In this document: positions 35,234 through 47,200 of the stretch, one piece after another
Layout of the letters: each line of letters opens with the position of its first letter
Position numbering within the stretch: position 1 is the first letter of the stretch
DNA from: an uncultured bacterium
GTDB lineage: Bacteria; Caldisericota; Caldisericia; JAAYUI01
Length of the DNA stretch: 64,000 bases
Assembly (NCBI GenBank): GCA_965370295.1
Contig: CBDUSO010000004.1
Coordinates: forward strand, 3,477 to 67,476
Direction of reading: 5' to 3'
Notes under the pieces: generated by a model
Seen by the model: the letters and a program-made list of their open reading frames with translations, nothing else
What the model was told of the DNA's origin: nothing
Databases searched by the model: none
Made by a program: the position numbers and the translations under genes

Positions 35234-36091
35234 TTATTCTATTTCAAAAACTTCCACATCACTATCTGGTTCTCTTGCTATCTCAATCCTCGAGGCCATT
35301 GACATCATCATGAACGTATACATAAAAAATCCAAGCACTGTTGCTATAGGAATTGATATTACTCTCAAGGCTTCCAAAAATGCAGGTGTTGGATAACCAA
35401 AAAAATTATGCAACATGCCAAGAGCCATAAACGCAAACATTAAAAGATACGAGAGCACGCTAATCGTCATGAGTGAAACTGGTATTCTGAGTTTGTCTTT
35501 TGGAATATTTCTGAGTAGCACAATCACAAGCGGAATCAACATTGAAATAAATAGCCCGTAACCGAAGTAGACCCATTCGAGCACCATGTCTGTTTTGAAC
35601 GCTACCCTATAGGTAACAAGGCAACCAACAACAATGGAAGCAAGTACAATGCTGATCCATTTCAGAATATTCATCTCTGCCTTTTTGGATGTTATTCCAA
35701 GATGTTTTACCAGCTTGAACAATCCAAAAATCAACAGGAATAAAATAACAAAATTGAACACATTGAAAAATATGGACTTCCAGGAATATATATATTCCAT
35801 TATGCTTGCGTTATCGCTCAAGTTTGGCACAACAAAGTACCAGGCAATTTTTTGAAGTAAATCCAGAGAAATATACCCTGCAATTATCACCCAGAAAATT
35901 CTCTCAGTATTTTCCCTTGGAATCGATTTGATGGTGATGACTGCATATACTAGCGTCACCAGCAAAACAACATTAATCGGCATGTTTCGCAGAAGATAAA
36001 TGCTGTGATCACCAAAGTAGAAAAACTGTGCGATTATCGCAACAATTGGCAACAAAACCGGCAAGATGTATTTATTGATTCTTGTATTCAT
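35234..36091 (-). CDS. Hypothetical polytopic membrane protein
   Basis: The ~285-aa ORF is highly hydrophobic with multiple TM segments. The start was set at ATG 36091 (MNTRINKY...), which follows a GGAGGGG RBS. Confidence 0.5.
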   Translation of the reverse strand: MNTRINKYILPVLLPIVAIIAQFFYFGDHSIYLLRNMPINVVLLVTLVYAVITIKSIPRENTERIFWVIIAGYISLDLLQKIAWYFVVPNLSDNASIMEYIYSWKSIFFNVFNFVILFLLIFGLFKLVKHLGITSKKAEMNILKWISIVLASIVVGCLVTYRVAFKTDMVLEWVYFGYGLFISMLIPLVIVLLRNIPKDKLRIPVSLMTISVLSYLLMFAFMALGMLHNFFGYPTPAFLEALRVISIPIATVLGFFMYTFMMMSMASRIEIAREPDSDVEVFEIE

Positions 36092-36276
36092 ATTCCCCTC
36101 CGGAATTTGTAAATATATTTTCAAACATTCAAATAATAAGTCATTGCATTTTGTTTAGTACTATATTCGGGTTATGCTTACGTAATATATTGATAACAAA
36201 ATAAGTTGCGTATCGGCAGGGGAGGATTGTGTATCTGGATTCCGGAAGCGACAATGAGCGAAGGTTGGAGATAAGG

Positions 36277-36305
36277 GTAGGGACAAGTTTGAAACTTGTC
36301 CCTAC
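36277..36305. repeat. Second-family hairpin gtagggacaagtttgaaacttgtccctac
   Basis: It is a perfect 12-bp stem located 13 nt downstream of the stop of the 36318-38024 gene. Confidence 0.6.
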
Positions 36306-36317
36306 AAAAATATAACG

Positions 36318-38024
36318 CTACTTCTCTTCCAACTTTATTTTGGTATCCTTAGAAACTTTTGCTGTCCAAATAACCGCTCGCTCTTCCGCATTCCAGCCAA
36401 CATCTAAACCAAGTGCTTCTGAAAATAGTCTGATTGCCACATACATAATTCCATCTTCCATCACTGGAGCCTCAATCATCTCAAAAGTTTCATCACCGAC
36501 AGCGTATTCTTTTTCCCCTGCCTGCACAGCAACTCTTATTGATGCAATAGCATTGTCAGCATCAACACGGGACATTTCAATTACCATCTGTTCTTCGTTT
36601 TCATTCCAGGAAACATCAGCACCAAACACAAGTGCCACGGTTTTTACCGGAGCAAAGGTTCTTCCGTTTATGATAGTTATATCTCCAGCAGCAACATAAT
36701 CTTTCCCATCAACTCTGATTATCTTTGACTTGTCTGTATTATGTTCTTCGGAAACATACCACATTTCAGCTTTTCGGGTAAATATGCTTGGATTCTTTAG
36801 ATCAACCATCGCATCTTCTGGAACAGGCATGGTGAAAATTATTGTTTTTGTGGCACCAACCCATGCAAGACTTGCACCAATTTGGTCTAAGATATTTAGC
36901 GAAGTAAACATGTTCGATTCGACCATTTTCGCAGGATATTCTAAATTATATTTTTCACCGTCAAGAAAAAATTGATTGCTTCCAACCACAATAATTCCTG
37001 CTAGTTCAACCTTTTTTTCCTTATCTTCATAATTCCACCTGGAGAAATGTAATTCATTTTCGTTTTCCCACTTTGTCAGGAATCCAAATGCCTTCAATAC
37101 CTGTTCGGTTGGGATATTGGTTTTTCCATCAATAATTTTTGTGGAAACTCCGACATCATATTCAATTTCATCAACCTTTATGATGTTGTTACCCACCACC
37201 ATCTCGACAACACGATCGTAAAAAACATCAGGCTCTACATACTTTTCCGGGCAGTTGAAATCCATCTCAATTGTTTTTTCAACCGGGTCAATTTTTACGT
37301 TCTTTGCCCCCATATGTTTTGCCAGGAAAAGAAGGGGACAGTGTAAGTAGCCATTGACTATTCTTGATACAACCCTGTCATCATATGGATCAATTTCAAT
37401 TTGTTCTCCGTCTACAATCGCAGTACTCTTTGCCACCCACATTTCTATTGTTTTGTGGCTGTTATTTATTGTTACTTTTCTTTCTTTCCCATTCCAGACC
37501 AGTTTGTACTCCAGCTCCTCCGGCAAAGCTCTGAACGGGACATACAACTTTCCATCAATTACAGAAACTTCTCCACCAATTAAATCGACTATTTCACGAT
37601 TCCTCAGGTATGTTTTTTCACCAACCGTAAACGCCAGATTCAGGATACAACCAGTGTCTTCTTTGCTGATTTCAACAGGTTTGCTTTTGGCTATCACCTC
37701 AAGTTCTCTGTTCAAGGCTACTACGACATATGCAAATTTATCGGTTTTTTCAAAGTTGCCAAAATCACTGAAGCTGGTTTCTATTATTGGAAAATCTGTC
37801 AAGGTATTCCTGGATATTTTTTTTATTGAATCCCCACGATAAATGCTGTAAAAATCCGCGCCCTCTACCGCCTCCCAGGCTAGATTGACGCACCCTTCAC
37901 CAAACTCAACACTCACCAGAAACCCCTCGCTTGTCCCCGCCCTTGAAACACCCACTCCAAAAATACCCACAACCATCACAACCGCCAGCAATACTGACAA
38001 GAACCCAATTCTCGACTTCCTCAT
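36318..38024 (-). CDS. Secreted protein with an Fn3-like N-terminal domain and multiple CAO-N-like repeats
   Basis: The start was set at ATG 38024 (MRKSRIGFLSVLLAVVMVV...), which follows an AAGGAGG RBS. An Fn3-like block reads VNLAWEAVEGADFYSIYRG. Repeated CAO-N-like units read LYVPFRALPEELEYKLVWNGKERKVTI, FAPVKTVALVFGADVSWNENEEQMVI and MYVAIRLFSEALGLDVGWNAEERAVIW. Confidence 0.7.
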   Translation of the reverse strand: MRKSRIGFLSVLLAVVMVVGIFGVGVSRAGTSEGFLVSVEFGEGCVNLAWEAVEGADFYSIYRGDSIKKISRNTLTDFPIIETSFSDFGNFEKTDKFAYVVVALNRELEVIAKSKPVEISKEDTGCILNLAFTVGEKTYLRNREIVDLIGGEVSVIDGKLYVPFRALPEELEYKLVWNGKERKVTINNSHKTIEMWVAKSTAIVDGEQIEIDPYDDRVVSRIVNGYLHCPLLFLAKHMGAKNVKIDPVEKTIEMDFNCPEKYVEPDVFYDRVVEMVVGNNIIKVDEIEYDVGVSTKIIDGKTNIPTEQVLKAFGFLTKWENENELHFSRWNYEDKEKKVELAGIIVVGSNQFFLDGEKYNLEYPAKMVESNMFTSLNILDQIGASLAWVGATKTIIFTMPVPEDAMVDLKNPSIFTRKAEMWYVSEEHNTDKSKIIRVDGKDYVAAGDITIINGRTFAPVKTVALVFGADVSWNENEEQMVIEMSRVDADNAIASIRVAVQAGEKEYAVGDETFEMIEAPVMEDGIMYVAIRLFSEALGLDVGWNAEERAVIWTAKVSKDTKIKLEEK

Positions 38025-38160
38025 TTCAAACCTCCTTTGCATTTGTCCTCAACCCTTTTACGAATAACTCCACTGATTAGTTCATTAATACATTCTAGCA
38101 CGAATATTCTTCTTATCAAAAAATTTATGCAAAATATTTGTTAAGCCTGTGGCTATTCCA

Positions 38161-38203
38161 ATCACATAACAAAACCCCCAAGAACCGAAGCCCTTGGGGG
38201 TTT
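38161..38203 (-). terminator. Rho-independent terminator downstream of giant gene A
   Basis: On the minus strand it reads AAACCCCCAAG-ggcttcggtt-CTTGGGGGTTT followed by TGTTATG. It is an 11-bp GC-rich stem ending in a T-run, 40 nt after the stop at 38243. Confidence 0.7.
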
Positions 38204-38242
38204 GAAAATTCTTACCTAAAAAACTCTAGTGCCTAATGGTTA

Positions 38243-41200
38243 TTACTTCCAGAGTCTTGTGATTGTCATTCTGTTTGCGGCTGGATTCCAGTCAATGTCG
38301 AGGATTCCGTCAGTCATTGCGTTGATGTACTGGAGAATGTTTGCGGCTGGGATCATGACCTGGTTGGTAGTTATGTCACGTGCTGGTGCTTCAGAAAGAG
38401 TTTTTGGTCCATCAATTGTTACCATATCTGAACCAATTGTGAACGTTCCTGTTCCTTTTTTACCAAGAACGATTTCATAACCCGTTCCCTTTGGAATGAT
38501 TGAACAACCATCACCGAGTTTTGAGAACAAGAAGTCAGCAGAGACCATGAGTGTGCCAGAATTATTTGTCACACTTGGTGCTGCCTGCATACTCACTGCT
38601 CTTCCGTCTACGTATGCTGTTTTGTTGCCGACAACAAGCTCTATCACAACTTTGTTGTAGTTTATGATTGTAATAGATTCTTTGGCTACGTTTCCAACAG
38701 AGTCAACAGCTATTACCTCAATTGTGTTCTCACCTGGGACAAGATTGACTTTTGCTGTCCAGACATCGAATACAACCTTGGCTTTTGCACCGTTCACAGT
38801 TACTTCTGAGCCTGGCTCGACTCTTCCTGTGAGTACATATACGGTTGCTCCAGCAATAACTCCAGTTGGTTCAGTGATAATGAGTTGTGGTGGTGTGAGG
38901 TCACGGATCACTGTAACAAACCTTATTGTTGTGGCACCTGATGGCGATACCGATTTCAGCATGAGAGTGTTGGAGCCTTCATTTGGAAGGTTTGCTGTGT
39001 ACTTGAAATCACCCTTCAGGTCGACTGCGACTTTGTTTCCGTTGATTGTAAGTGTTGAACCTGGTCTTGTTTTGCCTTCGACATCAACACTCTTGCGTGC
39101 GATTGTTTCAAAGTTTGTTGGTTTCTCAATCGACAGTGGTGGTGGTTGAATATCCGCACCGACAACAATTCTGCCTATACCGTCTGCAAACTCTGCAAGT
39201 GATGCTTTTACGGTGATAATACCAGTTTCGGTTGGTGTGATTACAATTGATGCTTCACCCTTGTCATTACATCTCTTGGATGGGATTGAAACTCCGGCAC
39301 CCTCGATTGTAAGTTCTGCCTGGCTGGCTGGGTATTTTGTACCATACTCACGAACCGTGATATTGATGGTTCCAGTTGTCTGTGTGGTAAGTAGCGATTC
39401 AGAATCAACGAGTACTTCAAGTCCTCGGACTGAGTCAAATCCTGGGAAGATACCATACATATCAAGGTCTCTGGATATTATAAATTCGTACGGGAAGGTG
39501 AATCTGTTGTTTGACTGATAGTAAGTGATACCAAGTATGCCCGTACCAACACCAGTTGGTCTCACTAACGATATGCACTCGGTTGCCTTTGGATCTGTCA
39601 GGGAGCGATCTGTTCGTGCGTATGAATTTCTTGGTGCTGCTCCACCAGAAATATACGGTTTCAACTGAATCCGTGCACCAGTTTCAAGAGCAATGTCACG
39701 CTCATCAGCAGGCCAGAATCTCATCAGGATATGATTATTTTTGGAATAGATCAGATCGTAGTTTGATTCTTTGAGCAACGCTTTACCAAATAGTTCACGG
39801 GTTTCAGCAGAGTATACCTCAATTTTTGGGGCCTTGACCTGGACATAATTCTCATCATCTGGCCATGCTTCCCAATCAAGCCTGAATGTACCATCTTTTG
39901 CTGGAATATAGGCAGCTGGATTTGACATGTGTACGAGTCTGAAACCATATCTGCGTTTCATTGTTCTTGGGGCATATGGATCTGGTTTGAAGTCATGTGT
40001 GAATGCAGAGTTGTAGTATCCACTTGCACCAAACGATGATATACCTGTCAAGTATGGTGAGTTACCACCATACACGTCACCCCACTTGGTGTTGGACCAT
40101 GGGTTGTCTCCAACTAATCCACCAAACCTAAAGATGTCTTCAGCAGAGATGTACATTTCTGTCTGCCCACGATCATCAAGTGATAGTGAATCGTTGTAAG
40201 ATAATGCTTCATCCTTATTGAAGTCAGCAAAGAGGTAACCTGCATGGTGTGCACTGTTATAGATTGCACCAGGACCCCATGCCAACTCAACGTCCTTATG
40301 TGGATAGATATCACCAAAGTAGTATGAGTTGTAGTGCCACTTGCCGTCGAACTGATCTTTGTATGCGTAGTTGGATGTGTTGTAGTAGAAGGCAATTGGG
40401 AGTCCACCTGCACCATAGTTAAAGGTGTATCTGATGAATGAGAATCTGCTGTACCATGGTGTGTTGTAGCTGTAGACTCGGAATGTTGGGAATTCCATTG
40501 CACCGCATCTAAAGAGTTCTTTGTTGCTTTCTTCTATATTGCCGTCTCTATCAAAGTCCACGCCTATCCTTGGCTCCATACGTGGTCGGAATAGTTGATC
40601 CATGTCCAATGGATGATGATCAAACGTCAGGATATCACCACGTGTAAAGAATCCATACCAACCACCGCCACCGGTATAGGTCATTGGAGTGGTGAATGCA
40701 GGTGTAAATCTCGCAACATCCTGGTCTGAACCAGAGCATACACTCACACCCTTGGCGGTTCCTCTGAGGAGTTTTTCACCATCATGAGTTCTACAGGTAA
40801 CCTTGACTCTGTAGATGTTGTTGTTTGCGGCCGTCAGGAGGAAGTCTGTGTCGCCTGCTTCGGCAGGAACTGTGAACACCTTGAGATCTGGATCTTCGAC
40901 GTTCGTTATCTCGTATGTTACCTGCGGTGATCTTACTTTAACGTTAGCCACGGCGTGGTGTTTTCTGTTTGGTGAGTAGATGTATACCGGGAAGCTTCCC
41001 TCGTCATTTGCGACAAAGTCACCGAATACATACTTACCTTCTTCATGCCCGCTGAAGTCATACTTGATAAAGTTCACAGCTTCAATAACTGATGAGAAGA
41101 TACGGTGGTTGTCACAACCCTGACTCTGTGATGTTGGATCGTTGTTGTGAAGGTCGAGTCTCAACCAGTAGTATCTGGTAAGCTCTGCATCATATCCATT

Positions 41201-44200
41201 GTAGTAGGTGTTGTCTGGCCTTGGGTCAACAAAGATATTGTTTGCAATGTTGTTCCAATTCTCAATACGATATGCACCGGTGTAGTCTGGCACACCCTCT
41301 TCAACAAAGTCGAATGGTGTTACTGCATCTTCATGATATACCTGGAATGTGAATGGTTCGTCCGGATCAACATACTCTGGGGTTACACCAGCAGTGAGTA
41401 CTGTTGGGGTAATCTCAACAATGAGATCGTTTTCGCCAACAACTGTCATTGCTTTTGTTGCTGCCAGATAAACTTCGTGTGAGAAGCCAGGGACTCCGAA
41501 CTCAGATCTTGGTGGAATCTCATAGTAGGGCTGGAAGCTTCTGTCATTGTTGTCATCACCATATTTGTAGGCTGTGATCCAGACTGGGAGTTCTTCATTC
41601 TGTGAGATGATATGATCTGGTACTGTGAATCTTCCGCCTGACTGTTGTCCGCCACCGAAGTCGAATCCGACTTCGTCAATACGGCAACCATGCTCTTCTG
41701 TAAGTTCGAAGCGATACTTACCATCATTACGTTGGTATGTTCTTGCATCAATGATACCAGCACTCCAGGTGTTGGTCACCATGTCGTATGTTCCAAGGAT
41801 CTCTGTTTCGAAATCATTGAATGATATTTTGCTGTCACCGTTCAAGTCATCAGCTGGAAGATACTGCCAGCCAACGCTTCTCTTGTTACTGTTTCTTGGT
41901 GGGTTTGTAATCCAGCCATCACCGATACCATATCTCATCTCGGCACCGAGTTGCTTGATTCCTCTATCCTGCCAGCAGAATACAAATGCGTTGTTACATT
42001 CCTGGACAACCTGAATGTCTTCGTACTCACGGAGTTCGATTTCAACTACATTGTCTTGGTCAACCTGGAGCTCCAGAGGAGCACCCTTGATATCAAGACC
42101 ATGGACATCGATTCCGTCAACTGGAGGTTTCTCACAGCAGTCCTGATAAATCTTTCTTGTTCCGTCCTGCAACTCAACTGTGATTGAGATGTTTCCATAG
42201 TTGATTGGAATGATTTCGTCAATCACGAAGAGATCGTTTGCTCCACCTGGCATTCCACCAATGTTTGCCCAATGGTTTGCAGTGAAATCGAGTGAACGGT
42301 CAAGAAGTCTCAGATAATCGTTCTCAGGAATGTTGGTGTCATCCGGATATACCAATTGGTTTCTTACCGGATTAGCTTTTGTCATGTATGGATTTGTGGT
42401 ATTTGCAAAGTCGCCACCATGGAAGGCAAGTGGATTCTTCACAAATGTTGCCGCAGTGTCTTCGGTTATTTCAATACGACCACTGTAGTCATAAGCGATT
42501 GGAAGATACTCTGTTCCATTGTAATAATTGTTGGAAAGGAAGTTTGTGTAATCAGCATCCATAAACTTCGGACGCATAAATGGACCTTCGATGAGGACTC
42601 TCTTGATCTGAAGGTCATATCTTATTGGATAGGCACCCGTCTCATCCTGAATCCAATGGTGTATTGGGCTGAATGAAAGGTGTTCACCTCTCTGGTTTTT
42701 GATGACAAAGAAGAGACCGTAATCGGTTAGTGGGAAGAACTCTGTACCAAGCTTCACAAATTGTGATTCGTCGGTTCCATTATAGTTCTTACTGTGGATT
42801 GCAGGGTATGCGTTCCAACCGGATCTTCTCTTTGAACTTGGACCATCAAGTCTGAATGGATGTGTTTGTCCACCGGGATAACAGATTACCTCTTCGGTAA
42901 GGTCTTTTATCATCGGGTTGTATGGTACCTGAATCTGTGGAGCAGGCATTCCGAGTGGTGAGATTGGGTTTGTGTGATAGCCGTCTTCGTCTGATCCTGC
43001 CGTGTAGTTTGTCTGTGAATACTGAAGTGCATGGTCGACCATATTCAGCTCAGCAAAGTTTACACTTGGATCTGGTGTGGTTACGTCAAATCTTATGAGT
43101 CCACAGTAGTCAACACCACCGGTGTAATCGTTGAGGAACGATGGACCATTTGGAGGCCAAAGTTGTCCGTCAACACTGTTGAAGTTGAAAATTGTCTGCT
43201 CAGCAGTTATTCGAATCCAGAGTGGAGTTTCTGCGTTTCTTGGGAGGACAGCAACCAACATCTGTCCACCAGGATCAGTTGTTGAGAGGTATCCATAATC
43301 GGTGACCATTGCAGGAACACCGAAGGTCTGGATGATAAACTGAATATAGCTGTTGCCGTATGTATCATTTAATGTAATTGAGCCAGTTGGGATAAAGTCT
43401 TCTGTCTCACCGCCACCGATTCCGCAGAGGTCGCAGGTTGCCTGTTTTCCTGAGCAGTCAATATCGGTCACAGTACATTTTTCTGCCTCTGATTCTGGTT
43501 CTGCGTCAACCGGAAGCCTTGGGGCCTGTGTTAGTGTACCCCTACCAAAACGTGGATCAGGTGTTACAGCATTACCGAATGATGTTGGTACACCATAGGC
43601 TGGTGCGTAGGTCTGGTTGGGCACAATGTCTCTAAACATAAGAATATCAAGTGGAGAGAGCATGTTGAGTGGCTCATAGTCATCCCATTCCCAGCAGATG
43701 AAGGTGTCATCATCATTGACCTGGACAATATATTTCTTCGTGAAATCAATATTGTTTGCTGTGAAGAGGAATTTGACACCGGCACCGCGACAGTTGTAGT
43801 TGACACGATGTGGGCGGTCAGCGATTGACTGGGTTGCAAATCTCATACCAGCTGGATCGTTGATATCGTTGGGGTTATCCCAGTTCTCAAGTGTTAGGAC
43901 AATATTTGGGAATCTCTGCTCAAGAATGGTCAAGCATTTTCTGTTTGCAGTGACTACAAGTTTCTCTGGTTCTACAGTAAATGATTCTCTACCATAGCAG
44001 TCATATGAGTTTGACAATTCTTTGTAGTGTATTCCATAGAGTTCATAACGTGGATCGGTGACTGGGTCAAAGACATACCTTGCATAGTTTGCATACGCAC
44101 GATGTTCTGGATCACGATATACTGTACTCCAGTAGGGGTCGTAGTATTCGCCATCACGAGGCAACATCAGGAGTCCGCTGTATGCAGAGAGATCTGATTC

Positions 44201-47200
44201 TTCTTTGATGACATGGACATAAATCTTTCTGTCCTGGACAAATCCTGTCAGGTCACAAGAACCTCTGTATGGTGTGATTTCAAAGTTGACTGTTTTGTGG
44301 TTGATATCGATTGTTCTAATGGTTTCTGCAATATTGTTGAAGGATGATCTTGGGATATTTTCAAGTAACACATGATACTTGTCATCTGGATCGTTTGGTG
44401 CTGGAGTAACAGTGATTTCGACATTTGAGGTCTGCTCAACCATGAATGGCTGGTCGACAACCACTTTAACTTTGATGTCGCCAGGAAGAACTTCCATGTC
44501 CATGAAACTTGCTAAACCATTGTGACCCATTGAGATCATGTTGACTTCGTTCTCAACATAGAGAGCCTGAGAGAGAGCAACCGGGGTACCACAGGCATAA
44601 ACTCTACCCTGTATCTCTACCTCAGTCGCACGCACTGAACGATAGTCAACCTCTTTGATGTAGCTACCTGCACCATCAGTTGGTTGAAGGTAAATATCTT
44701 CACCTGGGTCATACTCGTAGTTACGAGCTAAACCAGAGGCTGGATGTGCAACATCGTAGAAACAGAATACTTCGGGAGCAGATATTGCTGGGAACGCTGT
44801 TAAGATTTCACCAACATCAAGATCACCAGCAGCAACAATGGAACCAGCAAGATACTGAATCATTGCTCCTGCAGTATTTCCACCCTGATTTCTGAAGGTG
44901 GTTACGTTTGTGAGTCTTATGTCGCCAGCGGTAATAGTGCCGGTCGGATTTCCAACAGCACCATCCATATCACGATAGATATGTTCGTTGCAACCAAAGA
45001 TTCCCTCTCCACCTGTGTCAAAGAACATGTATGGAGGACCAGCCTGTATGCTTGTAGGAATACTTGTGACCTTTGGATCGGTAAATGCAACCAGCTCACC
45101 AAAATCATCTCGAGGGGATCCACGACCATAATCAAAGTCCCAACGGTCGAGAGATTCGCCACCGACAAGCTGCTCAATGAAATACTTGTCATTGAGATCG
45201 TGATCAAGGTTGAGAGAAGATGCGGGTATTATATCACGAACAGGCATATTTGGATTTGCAAGGGCATTGTATTCGTAGCTACCAACATTGTTGTCAACAC
45301 CGTCATCAAGCCAGATTGTCCAACCGAGGAACTGACGTTCTTCTAGTTTGACATCATGGAATACGGTTGATGGTACGAAGAATCCTTCACTCCTTGGTGA
45401 AAGCATTGCATTCTTCTGGACACGGTTGAAATGGTTTATTGTGGTATCAAATTGAGAGCGAATACCGGCTGCTGTGTAACCAATTTCAACTGGCATCCAG
45501 TAACCATTGTCTCTCCAACCAATCCAGGCGTCTGTCTGAATTGCAATATCATAATCTGGGGATAGGCAACCACCGTTTATAACCTCAGCCATGAGGAGTA
45601 GATCACCATCAATGATACCGGCACGTGTTAGTCCATCGGTGTCAAATATCAGATATGGTCTGCCAGCGTTGTGCTGACGGGTATCATCAGTCTGCCATCC
45701 GCGAACGTTTGTAAGTCTGAAATCACCGCGTAATTCAATAATGTCTGGGTCTGGGTTTATATCAAGAACTTCTACCTGACGACCTGTTCGACCTGGATAT
45801 TTACGATAGATGAATTCACCTGGGTCATAGCTTGCAGTTATGATTGGCGGTGTTGGTGTTGCTGTTCCTGCAATTTGCTGGTTGTGATAATACTCACATT
45901 CAGTAAAGTTTGCAAATGGGTTTGCGACATCAGCGAACGCCCAGAGGGAGGTTCCAACATCATAGTCATCACCAGGATCCCACATTCCGAGGACACCAGT
46001 ATCATATACTGCTGTTCCTTCTGGATATGTCTGGATGTAACCATTTCTGGTGACTACGACATCAGAGAGTCTAACATCACCCATATCGACAAAGTGAGAT
46101 GGTGCAAGTGAGTAGTCCATTGGAGGTATGGGGTTGTTTGGTGCGGGGAGTGTGTATGGAACCATAGTTCCGTCTTTTCTGTAGATGAACTCAGCGAAGT
46201 TGTATGCAACCTCTACTTGACCGTTGAATGTCTGTCTGTCGTCTGGATAGCTGACAGCATCAGTTACATTCTCGGCATGGAGTACGGAGCCATTAGCTGC
46301 CCCTCCAGTCTCAAAATCGAGAGAGAATGGGAATCCCTCAAGGACAAGTTCATTGTCCCAATCTTCATACTGTTTGTAATGGTTGTCGGAGGTTGGTGCA
46401 CTTAGATATACTTCACCGGAACAAACCGCACCGGCTGGACCCATTGCATTTTCTGCAAGGTAATCAGTCATGTCGGTGTAGCCAAGTTTCCAGAGTCTCT
46501 TTGTGTTGTAACCTGTTTTATCAGCATCCCAGAAATATATGCGTGAATTGTAGACTGGGGCAGCCTGGTTACTCATACCATAACTCTCACTGTAGAACTG
46601 GAAGCTGAAATCGTTTGCATCTGAGTTGACGAATGGGTTGTAGTCTGGGTCAAGGATATATGGTCCCTGTGTGTTGTTTGAGACGATCGGGTCAACAAGT
46701 GCTCTTGGGTTGTCTGTGCAGTTGTCATGAGTGTAGCCATGTGGGTCAATCTGGTAGTTTACATCATAGGGGTCTGCATATCCATAGTATCTACAATCGT
46801 TGAATCTGCCATCAGTATCAAACCAAAGCTGACCGTGTTCATCGAGGATTACATACCAGTGATGCTTGTAGTGTGTCTGTCCGTTTCCTTCTGATACATC
46901 TACCGTCAGCCATACTTCAGACCAGAGCCCGAAATCCTGGACCCGTGCGACTGAGGATGGTAAACCGTCTACGGCGACATTGTTCCCCGAACCATCGTCC
47001 CCATTTGTCATCGCTATTGTTGCGTACGCAGCAGTTGCTGGTGGCAATGGTATAGCGTTTGGTGGCTCATCCACTGCTCTAATGGCAAATGGCATTGGGA
47101 AACCGGTTCTTCCCCACCAATTTTCTCCAACCTTCTGCCATGGCACCTGTTTTGCGTCTGGCAATTCACGACCATAACGATCGAAGCCGATTCGATGGAA

